NCBI GenBank assembly: GCA_038087875.1
Contig: CM075993.1
Span: 7,750,001-7,814,000 of the forward strand
Length of the DNA stretch: 64,000 nucleotides
Origin: Malacoraja senta
Taxonomy: Eukaryota
Reading direction: 5' to 3'
Shown here: positions 1 through 13,667 of the stretch, in pieces
How positions within the stretch are numbered: position 1 is the first letter of the stretch
Layout: each line of letters opens with the position of its first letter
Translations under genes and position numbers: made by a program
Notes under the pieces: model-generated
The model's input: the letters and a program-made list of their open reading frames with translations, nothing else
Databases searched by the model: none
What the model was told of the DNA's origin: nothing

Positions 1-1374
1 TGCCCTCGTGTTAGTGTTCCCTTCCCTCATAGAGCCATACAGCACTGAAACAGGCCTTTCGGCCCAACTAGCCCATGCCAACCAAGCTGCCCCACCTACA
101 CTAGTCCCACCAGCCCATGTTTGGCCCATATCCCTCTAAACCTTTCCTATCCATGTACCTGTCCAAATGCCTTTCATATATTGTTCTAGTACCTGAAAAG
201 TTTTTACTTCAAATAATTTGATTTTAAATTTCAAATGGATTTGAACTTTACAAGAGGGGTGTTTGCTACAGGGAGAGGTTGGACAGATTTGGATAGTTTT
301 CTCTTGAATGCAGGAGATTACTGGGACATCAGTATATACAATGATGAGAGGTACAAATAGGGTAGACAGTCAGAACCTTTTTTCCAGGATGGAAAAACCA
401 AATACTAGAGGGCCTAGTGTTAAGGTGAGAGGGCAAAGTTGAAAGGAGATGTATGGGACAAGTTATTTTACACAGAGGGTGGTGTGTGCCTAAGGTAGTG
501 GCAACAGCAGATACAATAGTGGCATGTAAGAGACTTTTGGATCGGCACACGGATATGCAGGGAGTGGAGGGACATGAATTATGCGCAGGCAGATAAGAGT
601 TGGTCTTGGCATCATGTGTGGCACAGACATTGTGGGCCGAAGGGCCTGTCCTTGTGCTATAGTCTTCTATGTTAACACTAACCTGGATTTTTAGCCCAGG
701 CTACTGGATTACTAAGCCAATGACACATATACGACATGCCCACTATCCCATTATACGCCACTTGTGTACATTATTCAGGCTTTTGTCAAAATATTTCTCT
801 GTCCAGAGTGTGAACAGGAATGAAGAAAGATTGACCAGTCTGAAGAGGGGTCCCGACCCAAAACATCGTCTTTCCATTCCCTCCACAGATGCTGCCTGAC
901 CCGCTGTGTTCTTCCAGCTGTTTTTTGCTGAAGAAGGAACTCGTCCATTTTCATGTAAATGCAACTCAATATTTGGCAACAAATATCTTCTAACGGCCTA
1001 TCCGAGTTCATCCCAGTTCCCAGTAGAACAATCTGTGCCTTTCCTCTGCTCCCTATGTCCCTGTAACCATGCTACTTATTCTCTCTCACAGATGCCCATC
1101 ATCTCCACAGGGTTCCTTTTGCCACAGAATCATAGACAATAGGTAGACTCAGGGGGTCAGACAGCATCTCTGAAGTCACCTATTCTTTATCTCCAGAGAT
1201 GCTGTCTGGCCCGCTGAGTCACTCCAGCTTTTTGTGTCTATTGACATTGGAGTATCATCATGACCAGTTACTAATTATGGACCCTCTCACCATAATGCTG
1301 TGCCCTCTAGTCTTGTGGCATTTCTTCCCTGGGAGAAAGGTTACAAGTGCTTCTGCTATCTATGCCTCTCGTAA

Positions 1375-1704
1375 TAGCCCTGTCCCACGGTACGAGTTCA
1401 TTCCAAGAGCTCTCCCGAGTTTGCCCTGATTCGAACTCGGAGATTTACGGTAATGGCCGCTCGTCGGTACTCGGGGCTCTCGTGGACATTTTTCAACATG
1501 TTGAAAAATCGTCACGAGTCTTCCCGAGCTTACCTGCCGTTAGCGAGTCTTCCCGAGTACCTGCCGTTTGCGTTACGAGCCGCTAAGAGAAGTCCCCGAG
1601 CTCCGACGTACCCGCTACATTCATTCTCCGTGCTTACCACGAGTTTGATTTTTTTAAAACTCGGGAGAGCTCTTGGAATAAACTCGCAATGTGGGACAGG
1701 GCTT
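1375..1704. mobile_element. PIF/Harbinger-like MITE
   Basis: ~45-bp terminal inverted repeats AGCCCTGTCCCAC..GAGTTCATTCCAAGAGCTCTCCCGAGTTT / AAACTCGGGAGAGCTCTTGGAATAAACTCG..GTGGGACAGGGCT; TAA at 1372-1374 and 1705-1707; inserted in a minus-strand CR1 fragment. Confidence 0.8.
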
Positions 1705-2040
1705 TAACTTTCCATTCTTCCATCTGGTCTCCCCTCAGCCTCCAACGCTCCAGAGAAAACAACGCAAGACTGTCCAATCTCTCCTGACAGATAATATCCT
1801 CCAATCCAAGCAGCATTCTGGTAACCTTCCTCTGCACCCTCTCCAAAGCCTCCGAACCCTTCCTGTAATGGGGCGACCAGAACTGCACGCAATGATCCAA
1901 ATGCAGCTGAATCAAAGTTGCAACTGGTGTTCAGCTGCAACATGACTTCCTGACTCTTGCATTCAGTGCCCTGACCGATGAAGGCAAGCGTACTGTACTC
2001 CATCTTTACCCAGTCGATTTGTGTTGCCACCTTCAGGGAT

Positions 2041-2338
2041 TTTAGTTTAGTTTAGAGATACAGCGTGGAAGCAGGCCCTTCGGCCCATTGAGTCCGTGAT
2101 CTCCATACACTAGCACCATCCTACACACCAGGGACAATCCACAATTTTTACCACAAAGCCAAATTAACCTACAAACCTGTACGTCTTTGGAGTGTGGGGA
2201 AAACACCGGAGCACCCAGGGAAAACCCACGGGGTCACAGGGAGAACGTGCAAACACCGCACAGACAGCACCTGTAGTCAGGATCAAACCCAGGTCTCTGT
2301 AAGGCAGCAAGTCTACCGCTGCGCCATCGTACCGCCCC
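2041..2338 (-). mobile_element. tRNA-derived SINE (HE1/V-SINE-like) with CR1-type tail
   Basis: A/B boxes TGGCGCAGCGG / GGTTTGATCC, V-like core, tail GGGCCTGCTTCCACGCTGTATCTC(TAAAC)n. Confidence 0.85.
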
Positions 2339-4319
2339 AAGGACTCGAACCCTGAGATACCTCTGGACATCAGTGTTGCTAAGATCACCGTCATTGAGCA
2401 AATGTTTGCCGTCCCCTGAGCAGCATCAGTGAAGTAGGCAACTGGTTCTAACGGAAATGTGGCGATCCGGAGTCAGAATTGAAGAGAGATCTCTCTGCCT
2501 TTCATCTAATCCACTGGCCTCGATCGGTTGCTGCACTCTCCCGATGCTCCACCTGATCTGGAAGTTGGCAAGGCAAGTAAAAAAAAATCACCTTGACATC
2601 CAACGTGACTGCAAAGTGCTCGGCAAAAACACAACAACAACAATACATCTCTACTTGGCTCTCCCAATACACAAAAACATGTCCAGGAGATTTATGGAGG
2701 AAAATGAAAGATGCACAAGAAGAGAGTTGTCATGTTAAGAGAAAAGTGTCAGATAAAAGAAAGATGTCGATTACAAGCTCAGTGCAACCAATCCATTAGC
2801 CATCCTTCATTTCCACTGGGAGATACTTTAGACTTTATTTGTCACTTGTACACTGACATTTATTTTGGTATACAGTTCAGTTCAGATACAGACAGGTTTA
2901 ATAGCACTTGCAGGTAGTTGAGGCAGGGACTATCGCAACGTTTGAGAAACATTTAGACAGGTACATGGATAGGACAGGTTTAGAGGGATATGGGCCAAAC
3001 GCAGGCAGGTGGGACTAGTGCAGCTGGGTCAGTGTGGGCTAGATAGGCCGAAGGGCCTGTTTCCACACTGTATCACTCTATTTAATATGCGATTCAGAGC
3101 ATGAAGAGTGGATAGGTTGAAGCTGTCTCCATTGGGGAGAGAGCTCCATACGCTAAGCTGGCCCGTGTAGTGTCGTTGCTGTTACAAAAAAACAAAGAGG
3201 ACAAGAGTAGAAACAAAGAACTGCAGGTGCTCGTTTATACCAAAGATAGACGCAAAGTGTTGGAGTAACTCACTGGGTCAGACAGCATCTTAGTTTAGAG
3301 ATATAGCGCGGAAACCTGGGCGCCGACCAGCGATCCCCACTCATTGACACTATCCCTCACACACCAAGGACAATTTACAAATATACCAAGCCAATTAACC
3401 TACAAACTTGTACGTCTTTGGAGTGTGGGAGGAAACCGAAGATCTCGGAGAAAACCCACGTGGTCATGGGGAGAATGTACAAATTCCGCAGTAATCAGGA
3501 TCGAACCCGTGTCCCTGGCGCTGTGAGGCAGCAACTCTACCGCTGCACCACCTTGCCGCCGTAAAAAAAAAGGTTCTGAATGATCTGAAGAAGGGTTTGA
3601 ACCCGAAACGTCGCCTATCCATGTTCTCCAGAGTTGCTGCCTGACCCGCTGAGTTCCTCCAGCACTTTGTTTCTATGAATGGGGAATAGAGAGTGGGTTG
3701 AACAGAATGTGTGCGATCTGTCTGTAATGGGTGCGGCTGGGTGGGAAGGTTCAGCAATGGTTTCCAAAGGGGATTGGATTACTTAACAAAAGAACAAAAG
3801 AGTCAATGGGGAAAGACAGGGGAGTGGGAAGCTTCCAAACAGTTGGCAACGTCCTGATGGATGCCTCTCCTGGTGCTGGATCAAGGTGCCGGTGGACTGT
3901 TTCAATGAAATGAGCAACTATTGACAATAGACAATAGGTGCAGGAGTAGGCCATTCGGCCCTTCGAGCCAACACCGCCATTCAATGTGATCATGGCTGAT
4001 CATCCCCAATCAGTACCCCGTTCCTGCCTTCTCCCCATATCCCCTGACTCTGCTATTTTTAAGAGCCCTATCTAGCTCTCTCGTGAAAGCATCCAGAGAA
4101 CCCGCCTCCACCGCCCTCTGAGGCAGAGAATTCCACAGACTCACCACTCTGTGAGAAAAAGTGTTTCCTCGTCTCCGTTCTAAATGGCTTACCCCTTATT
4201 CTTAAACTACACGCTTGTAAAATAACTTCACTGTGATGCATGTAATAATGAACAATAATTAAATCTGTATTTTAGCACCAGAGATGAGCGATGAATCTGA
4301 TGTAACTCAATATCGCAGC

Positions 4320-4651
4320 GGCACAATGGTGCAGCGGGTAGAGCTGCTGCCTTGTAGCGCCAGCGATCCAGATCCTGACCTCAGGTGCTGTCTGCGCGGA
4401 GTTTGCATGTTCCCCCTGTGACCATGTGCATTTCCTCCGGGTGCTCCAGTTTTCCTCCCACATCCCAAAGAGGGTTTGTAGATTAATTGGCCCTCTGCAA
4501 ATTGTCCCCCCCCCCACCCCCTGCCCCCGTGTGTAAGTGTAGAGTGGAAAAGTGGGATTACATAGAACTAGTGTGAACAGGTGATCGATCGGCGTGTACT
4601 TGCAAGGGCGACTAGCCTGTTTCCATGCTGAGTCTCTAAACTAGACTAAAT
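4320..4651 (+). mobile_element. tRNA-derived SINE (HE1-like)
   Basis: Same family, full head to tail. Confidence 0.82.
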
Positions 4652-6560
4652 ATTTCACAAGATTGAAGTTTTAAATATCAGGTTGACACCGGGAGTATTT
4701 AAATGATGGTGTTAAATGTACAAAACTATCTGGGATATAGCCCTTGGAATTTATCTGCGGAGTACAAATTGTTATGAAAGTCTTGACTTGTGATTGCAAC
4801 TCTGTGACAGATAGTGCCCGTGTAGACACACACAAAACAACTGACTCAGTTCCAGGCCACATGCCAACTGCACTTGGCCTGGATTCAAGGAATTCTAGGG
4901 TTTAATTTTGGTTTGGAGAACCAGAGATGACTGCATTTTTCAAGCTGCACGAGAAAGAATCAGCCTTCCCTGGGGTGTGTCTGTGACTATCAGTACAGCT
5001 CGGGATTTATTTTCTATGTTAAAGGCACTATATTAGTGTTACTGGTTTAAGGCACTAATTGCACAAATTATTCATCTTCTTCTGAAGGATAGGAGTTTAT
5101 AAATATTTAATAAGGAACTGCAGATGCTGGAAAATTGAAGGTAGACATAAATGCTGGAGAAACTCAGCGGGTGAGGCATCATCTTTGGAGCGTAGGAAAT
5201 AGACAACGTTTCGGGCCGAACCCTTCTTCTGGCTGCAGATTGCCCCACTGCGAAGGTGGATGGTTTGATATTTGGGGGGAGTGAGAGTTGATGATAACGT
5301 GGAGAGAAGAGATTGAAGAGGGATAGAAATTGGGCAAGTTCCACTGTGAGCCGGCATAAGAGTGGACTCTTCTATGCAGTGGACATGCAAGGGGAATTTA
5401 CCCCTTCCAGCTATCAGTCAGTCTGCTGCTGCTGTCTGACTGATTGCAGCCGTCTGCAATTAAATGGAAAGGAAGATGGTGCTTTTACAACCAGTTTATG
5501 ACCTCTCTGAGTTTTATAGCCAATTAAGTAGGTTTGAAGTGTAGCCACTGGTGCCCTGAAAGGCTCTTAGATGCACAGTGTTGTTGAAACTGGCAGCAGC
5601 TGATACAATCACTGCTTTCTGGGCTTTCTGTAAGTAACACTGGGTTAATAATATCAAGAGTTAAGACCACCTGCACGGCTAAATAAATGACAAACACAAA
5701 GCTTCAGGTTTCTTACTTGACTTTAATTGAGGTTTTTTGTACAATAAATTAATCTGCCGTAGCAGTTGTGTGAAGAGCGATGTAATTACTGCACAACCAG
5801 ATAGCAAAGGAGAAACATTGAGCAAAGCATCAAGACACCAGCTACTGAAGCAGACTGCACCCAGACTGCCCCTCTCCCTCACCCAGAGCAACCAAGGAGA
5901 CAGGTTGTCATGTGTAGGGAGGAACTGCAGATGCTGGTTGCTGGACCCAGATTCTTTCTGCAATGTCAACTATTCAGAAGGAGCCCCCGTTTCCACCAAT
6001 CTTTCCACCACCACGCACAAGAAGCGACAAGACAGACACCATTGTATACAGATGCCGAGAAGTGTGTTCAGCTCTGGCAGAACAACTTCTAATCTTGTGT
6101 GTGGACGACCTATTCAGAGATGCTGCCTGACCCGCTGAGTTACTTAAGCATTTTTGCATCTATCCCATGGCAGTGGTGATGTTCGCAGGGAGCGCATGTG
6201 GAACAATGGGCGGTGGAGCCTTGCAGTAGTAATTACAGCGGTGGAGTCGCTGCCTCACAGCGGCAGAGAACCAGGTTCGATCCTGACCTCGGGTGCAGTC
6301 TGTGTGGAGTTTGCACATTCTCCCCGTGACTGTGCGTTTCTCTTCCCACATCCCAAAGACATGCGGGTTGGTAGGTTAATTAGCCTCTGTAAATTCCCCC
6401 AAGTGTGTAGAAAGTGGGACAAGATAGAATGGGAGTGAACCAGTGATCGATGGTCGGAGAGGACTTAGTGGGTTGAAGGCCTGTTGCAATGCTATATCTT
6501 TCAATCAATTAATGACCAAGAAGAACTTCGTTTTTATTAATGACCAAGAATTTTGCTTCA

Positions 6561-6782
6561 GGTAGACAAAAATGCTGGAGCAACTCAGCGGGTGAGGCAG
6601 CATCTATGGAGAGAAGGAATAGGCGACGTTTCGGGTCGAGACCCTTCTTCAGACTGATGAAGGGTCTCGACCCGAAACGTCGCATATTCCTTCTCTCCAT
6701 AGATGCTGCCTCACCCGCTGAGTTCCTCCAGCACTTTTGCCTCCCCTTCAATTTTTCCAGCATCTGCAGTTCTTTCTTAAGC
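6561..6782. mobile_element. Fold-back (palindromic) PLE-end element with hammerhead-like motif
   Basis: Arms 6561-6648 and 6659-6745 are reverse complements; CTGATGA-AGGGTCTCGACCC-GAAACGTC from 6654; imperfect TSD ATTTTGCTTCAG/ATTTCGCTTTAG. Confidence 0.85.
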
Positions 6783-9700
6783 ATTTCGCTTTAGTCACAA
6801 GGACCGACTAAAGATATTAAGTGAACGTCACATCAGGCAGCAACGAACCTTCTCAGGAAGAGGGTCAGGTGAAACGGCAGAGTTAATGATGGTGTGTAGG
6901 TCACCCCACCGAACACTTGTAATGGAAGGGTCTCGACCCGAAACGTCATCCATTCCTTCTCTCCAGAGATGCTGCCTGTCCCGCTGAGTTACTCCAGCTA
7001 TTTGTGTCTAACTTTGGTTTTAACCAGCATCTGTAGTTCCTTCCTACACCAGTGTCATGGGTGTCTGTAACACACAGTGGACGCAGGCGGCTCTGCTCAA
7101 TGCAGACCATTCAGCTCTTCAACAGTGCGGGGGAATCCAGTCGGCTGCTCACTATCACCTTCCACAGGGAGTAACCCATCCGGCTGGGCTGCATGTGCCC
7201 CCCCCCCCTCTCAGCATTACCACTCCCTGATCGAAACATATTGGAATCAGGCAAGGCCACATGGCGATCCTAGCAACCTCGCACTGAGACTTCGAGAGGA
7301 AAAACTCGCACACTATGAAAAAACTAAATGTCATCGGTCAGTTTAATTCTCCCCCCACTTCCATTCTCCACCATCTGCCTCAAACCACAAGGTGCTGGAG
7401 GAACTCAGCAGGTCAGGCAGCACCTGAGAGGAGGTGGACAGACGGCCTGTCGGGTCGGGTACCTCTCTCCACTCTCCAATCCATGTAGGGCTGCTTTGAA
7501 GTGCTCCTCTCACCCATCATTAGGCTGAAGTGTGTCCTGTCCATTCCCTCCACACAGATGCTGCCTGACCCCCGAGTTCCTCCAGCACTTTTTTTGTTTT
7601 GCTCAGGATTCCAGCATCTGCAGTTCCTTGTTATTCCCAAGAAGCTTAATGGGAACTCAGGGTACGGAACCTACACTTGCTTGCTCACATTCCTGCCCCC
7701 TGGAACCGCACGAGATTGTCACCTCTTACTCCGTGTCTCCACATTCCAGACAGTAGCCGTTGATAATGTTCCTGCTACAGCAATGTCACTCAGCATCTAT
7801 TTTATTTCCTGCTCCACAACCACCACTGTATTACTATCCGGTTACTTATCCACCCTGTCTTCCCTTCTGCTCTTCCTTCTCCTCCCTCTGTTGCACCACG
7901 CACCTTTGCTGATCTTCTCTCCACAGATGCTGCCCGACGCGCTGAGTATTTCCAGCGCTTTCTGTGTTCGCTTTTGGTTGCGTTTGGCTTTGAGGGAAGG
8001 GGGAGTGTTTTTAAGGGAGGATTCCCCCAGTTTTCTCCCACATCCCAAAGACGGGATTTGTGCGGGTTTCTAGGTTAATTGCCCTCTGTAAATTGTGTGA
8101 GGAGTGGATGGGAAATTGGGATGACACAGAACTAGTGTGAACGGGTGATCAAGGGTCGACGTGGTCTTGGTGGGCAAAGGGCCTGTTTCCATGCTGTATC
8201 TCTAAACTAAAATTAAACCAGGGGTCCCCTCGATAGGGATCTCTGTCTGGGCTAAAAGTGAAATCAGGATTAAAAAAAAAAAAAAAGATTGCTGGAAAGA
8301 CTCAGCAGGTCAGGCAGCATCCGTGGAGAGTGTAACAGAATCGAGAACTAGGAAGGAGTATTATTTAGATCATGTGTTAGGGGCTGGGAGGATAGATATA
8401 ATTGCTGTATGACAGGTTTTCAGAGTTTTATTACCAACAAGAGCAAATTTACACGGTCAAATTATTAGTATTTTTAAGATGCAAATCCTGTCCTTATTTA
8501 TACACTGGATACTGAATGATGTCCACCTGGCATTTTGCTTTTCTGTCTTTCCCAGTTTGGCGAGCGTCTTCAACCTGAAATATTATCTGTGCTTCTATCT
8601 CCACTGACGCCGCCTGGCCTGCTGGGTTTTTCCAAGATTCTGTTTTTATTTCAGATTTCCTGCATTTGCAGTTCTTTAATTTTCATTTACTGGCGATTAC
8701 ACAAAGCACTACGTCCATGCAAGGAGCAATGGAAATGTGGATATTCAGGATTGAGAACTGGATTTGTAATGTTGAACGGGACATGGAGAGAGAGGGAGCT
8801 GGGTTGTCCTCTGCGATCTAACCGAATGGCAGAGCAGGTACAAGGGCTAGAAGACAGACACAAAAAGCTGGAGTAACTCAGCGGGTCAGACAGCGTCTCT
8901 GGAGAAAAGGAGTATAGGAATCTCGTTTCAGGTCGAGATCCTTCTTCAGACTGAGAGGCAGGGGAGAGGGAGACACAGAGATAAGGGAGGGCAAGGTGTG
9001 AAAACGAGACATTGAAAGATATGGATCAAAGGGCAGCTTACACCCCAGCAGTATGAACATTGCCTTCTCTAACCAAGTAACCCTTGCTTTCCCTCTCTCT
9101 CCATCCCTCCCCCTTTCCCAGCTCTCCCACCAGTCTGACTGACTCCCCAATTACATTTTATCTCTGCTTGCGTTGTTGTCACCTTCTCCGAGCTAGCAGT
9201 GATATATTCTCCATCTGGTGGAGATTGACTTATTCTTGATTAGCGAGGGTGTCAAGGGCTATGGGGTGAAGGCAAGAGAATGGGGTTGAGAGAGAAATAC
9301 AGATCAGCCATGATTGAATGGTGGAAATGACTCGATGGGCCGAATGGCCTAATTCTGCTCCTATGACTTATGAACTAATGAGAACAGGCCCTTGGCACCA
9401 CCTGGCTCTTGACGGCCCAGGAACTGTTTGCTCCTGTAAGGAAAGGACACGGCATTAACCATGCATGCAGTTCTCAAACCGGCTGAGAGTTATTTTGCTC
9501 CTGAATGCAGTTTCCCCTCCTTAAAAACAGCAACACTTTGGAAAACTGTTGCCATAAAACAAAAACAAACTCCTTGGCCACGAAAAACGGAAAAGTAAAT
9601 CTCGATTCTTATCATTCCGTGTGATAAACTTGGGTTGCTGTGACAAAGGTTTGTGTGATGCCGCCACTCGAGTTCTTTGTGGATGGTACAGTTTGATAGA

Positions 9701-10254
9701 AATGGCGGAGGCACCCTATCACTCATGGGTGAAATGGCGATTTCCAAGCAAATGCACTCCTGCACGCTGACCTGCCCTGGAGGCCAAGTATGTCAAAGCT
9801 ACAGGTAGGCCATGCCCAAAGAGCAAGTAGCTCAGTGGTACAGGCAGACCCATCCTGGACACCAAGTTCAGGTCCACCCCCGATATTCCGGCACCCATGG
9901 TTCCCGAAACCCTCTGGATTATCCGTTTGGCCAGACCAACAGCGGTCACGGCGACTGAGCGGAGTCCAACGGTACTGGAACAGTCCGCCTATGCTGCTGA
10001 GGGAGCGAGATACCGTCCCACAAAGTTGGCCTCGTAAGTCGGCCAAGGGAGAGGACCTGCCGGCTCCAGAGCCTCGACCGCTGGAGGCAAATTCGACCCG
10101 CCGATCGGCCACGGAAGTCCCATTGGAACTCCTCAGCCAGCATAGGCGCCACATTTTCAGGGGGGACTTCCGGGGGGGGGGGGGGGGGGGGGCATTTCAA
10201 GAGCGCTCTCGTGATTAAAGGAGGCATTGGCCCATCAGTTGGTGGAAAATTGGT

Positions 10255-10645
10255 GGTGGACCTGTATCTCAAAGGTTCAGACAGACCTGTCCCAGGAAAC
10301 AAGTATCTGAAAGGTATGGGCAGACCAGTTCCAGCGAACGAGCACCTCACAGCTACGGGCGGACCCAATCTGGAGGTCAAGTTTCATAAAGCTACAGTCA
10401 GAAGAGGTGTTGGAGACCAGTTACCTCAAAGCTACAGGTAAACCAATTCTGGAGACCCAGGTTTTCCCAAACTACAGGCAGACCAGTCCCGGAGACCAAA
10501 GCATTCCCAAAGCTACAGACGGAAGTTCTGGAGACCAAGTATCCCACAGCGACAGGTAGAACAGTTCTGGAAGCCAAGTATCCCCAAACTACAGGCAGAC
10601 CAGTCCCGGAGAACAATGAGTTCATAGTTACAATCAGCACTATAT
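10255..10645 (+). repeat. Degenerate ~39-bp tandem repeat (~10 units; ~3 more at 9765-9872)
   Basis: Consensus ACAGGCAGACCAGTYCTGGAGACCAAGTATCCCAAAGCT. Confidence 0.8.
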
Positions 10646-11112
10646 TAGCTAGACTCACCCCAAGAAGGACAGCTACCAAAAGCTTTGCGGAAACATCAAT
10701 CTCTGAGAACGGAGAAGGATTCAGAGAGGGAACATCAAATTAATTAAATACACATGATTAAAATGACGAATTAACCTTGATTCCATTGTAACTTGGATCT
10801 GTGATGGGGAGAGTGGTCCAGGGGGGTTAAGGGGAGAGATAGACCAGCATTAAATAAAGGGGCAGTTTCTTCAGCTGAGAGGGTGCAGGATGTAAGGATT
10901 GGCGACTTGTCTTTCACCTGTTTCAGCAGGGTGAACCGTGTGGACATCTCTTCACCGAGTTATTCAGGGATCCCTGCATGTGTTTTGGAAGGGGTGCTGG
11001 TGGAGTTGGCTGGCCCTGCCCACCGGGTCACCTGTTTCTCCCGCCGTTGGTGGTTTGACAAAGGGGAGTGAGCGGGCGGGCGGGCGACCATCTCACCGAG
11101 GGCCCGCGTGCG

Positions 11113-11263
11113 TCACTGGGTCAGTGTCTCCACAATCTCCTTGGCCATCATCGTGCCGATCACCATCTTCTCACAGTTGACGGTCAGCTGGGCAGCGCCG
11201 TTGTCCTTGGCCACCAGGGTGATGAGGACCAGAGCACCGCCACTCACCGTCCGAGCGGCAAAC
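11113..11263 (-). CDS. AP3B2: AP3B2-like last coding exon with stop codon
   Basis: cag|G TTT GCC...; encodes (R)[49 protein letters not shown], matching the AP3B2 C-terminus; TGA at 11113-11115. Confidence 0.94.
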
Positions 11264-11520
11264 CTGACGGGGGGGGGAGACAAGGCAGTGCAACTCAGCT
11301 CAGGAAAACATTCGTCGGGGCACCGTATCACAACCAGAACCGCAAACAGAACTACAATCAGAACCACAAACAGAACTCTCACACTTCAATGACTTTAGAA
11401 AGTTTATTGTGTTGGGAAAAAACTGCAGATGCTGGTTTAAACTGAAGATAGATACAAAATGCTGGACTCATCTTTTTTATCTTTGGCTTTTATCCAACCA
11501 CCTGCCTAATTAAAACTCCT

Positions 11521-11740
11521 GGTAGACAAAAGTGCTGGAGAAACTTAGCAGGTGCAGCAGCATCTATGGAGCGAAGGAAATAGGCAACATTTCTGGCCGA
11601 AACCCTGAAGGAAATAGGCAACGTTTCGGGCCGAAACGTTGCCTATTTCCTTCGCTCCATAGATGCTGCTGCACCCGCTGAGTTTCTCCAGCACTTTTGT
11701 CTACCTTCCATTTTCCAGCATCTGCAGTTCCTTCTTAAAC
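11521..11740. mobile_element. Fold-back PLE-end element in the last AP3B2-like intron
   Basis: GGTAGACAAAAGTGCTGG...TTTTGTCTACC inverted arms; TAATTAAAAC duplicated in both flanks. Confidence 0.85.
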
Positions 11741-12224
11741 AAATAATTAAAACCTCTCATCACCCATGTTCACCTGTTGCCTGCCACACTTTGTCCTGCC
11801 TCGTCTCTCTTTCTTTCCTCTGAAGGATCCAGACCTGAAACGTCACCTAACAGCATTCTCCAGTTGCCTGACCTGCTGACTTGCTCCAGCACTTTGTCTT
11901 GTTTTGTAAACCCGCATTTACAGTTCCTTGTTTTTACTTCTAGAAAAACATGATCTTGAGAGTAGACTAAATCCCCACTGAAATTCAAATCATGATGAAC
12001 TTTCAACACATGCATAGCTTCATCTACATCTAAAAAAAGAGGCCAGGCGAGTGCTCCTTAAATGTTAGCCTTAAAGGGGTAGGAAGGAACTGCAGATGCT
12101 GGTTTAAACCGAAGATAGACACAAAATGCTGGAGTAACTTGGCGGGACAGGCAGCATCTGTGGGGAAAAGGAATGGGTGACGTTTCGAGTCAAGACCGTT
12201 CGTCAGACTGTAAGTTTATTAAGT

Positions 12225-12633
12225 CAAGTCTACGAGTGTTTTATTGTCATATGTCCCGGACGGGACAATGAAATTCTTACTTGCTGCAGCACAACAGAAT
12301 ATGTGAATATGTAAACATTGTATATAACGGGGAAAAAAAGAAAAAAATTAATAAATAACAAATAATAATATAGTCTTTTGCAGTTCAGAGCTCAGAGCTT
12401 ATTCGTTGTGTTTAATAGCCTGATGGCTGTGGGGAAGGACCTGTTCCTGAACCTGGACGTTATAGTCTTCAGGCTCCTGTACCTTCTTCCTGATGGCAAT
12501 GGTGAGATAAGTGTGTGGCCAGGATGGTGTGGGTCCTTGATGATTTTGGCTGCCTTTTTGAGGCAGCAACTACGATAGATCTTCGATGGTGGGGAGGTCA
12601 AAGCCGGTGATGGACTGGGCAGTGGTCACAACT
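12225..12633 (-). mobile_element. Rex1/Babar-type LINE 3' fragment; related pieces at 22740-23135 and 41445-42280
   Basis: KIIKDPHHPGH..LPSGRRYRSL..RFRNRSFPTAIRLLN. Confidence 0.78.
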
Positions 12634-13667
12634 CATGTTGTGTGGATATAGCTGGCACGGGGCTAATTATTGTTCATCCTTAAGTGTCCCCTTAACTGAG
12701 CAAGTTGTTAAGTACACACTCGCACACGCCAGAGTCTGAAGAAGGGCCCAAGGCGTTGTCAGTCTGTTCCCTCCACAGATTACTATGTGAGTTACTCCAA
12801 CACTCACATAGGCCAGAATTGGTTCTCTATAGAACACTAGTAAGTCAAGAAGGGACCGACCCAAAACATCACCTATCCATGTTCTCCGTAGATACGGCCT
12901 GACCCACTGAGTTACTCCAGCACTTTGTGTCTTTTTTTGTAAACCAGCACCTGCAGTTTGTTTCAGCACTTTGCTTTTCCAAGGACCAGGCAGTTCCAGT
13001 TAGAGATAGGTACTTTGCTAAAACAATATTGCTTGAACATAACATCCCTCCCCCATCTTAGTTCTCCGGTCAGTCTGACTGTCATCCTGATTACATTTAA
13101 CATTGTATGCCTCGTCGCCACCTTCCCCGAGCTAACAATGATCTATTCTACATTTTCCTTGAACTTTGTCCCCTTTGATCTCTCGTTTTCACACCTTACC
13201 CTTTCCATATCTCTCGTTTCCCTCTCCCCTGACTGTCTGAAGCAGGGTCGCGACCCAAAACGTCACCCATTCCATCTATCCAGAGATGCTGCCTGTCCCG
13301 CTGAGTTACTCCAGCATTTTGTGCCTTTCTTTGATGTAAACCAGTATCTGCAGGTCCCTCCTACACATTTTCTGTTCCTGTCTAGGATTTGAACCCATTT
13401 CCCTGAATCAATGATCCAAAGCTACTCTATCACGTACCCAAGTTCAGTGAGATCCATTGGTTTGCAGACAACCCCATAAAATCAGACAACAGATCTCTCC
13501 TAGGCAGTACGCAAAGAGTCGCCTCGCTTCTGCTGCTGACAAAGTTACAAAAAGTTCATGGAACAGTCTTATCTTCTGCTCGCAGCATTAGGATGGAGAG
13601 TGACATGGTTCATTCAGAGACTCGGGTACTGAACTTGACTACAGGAGTCTGAAGGTATGAGACGGAA

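Noticed and set aside
2360-2555. Possible minus-strand exon with ag/gt borders
   Set aside because: Stops in all three frames and no recognisable homology.
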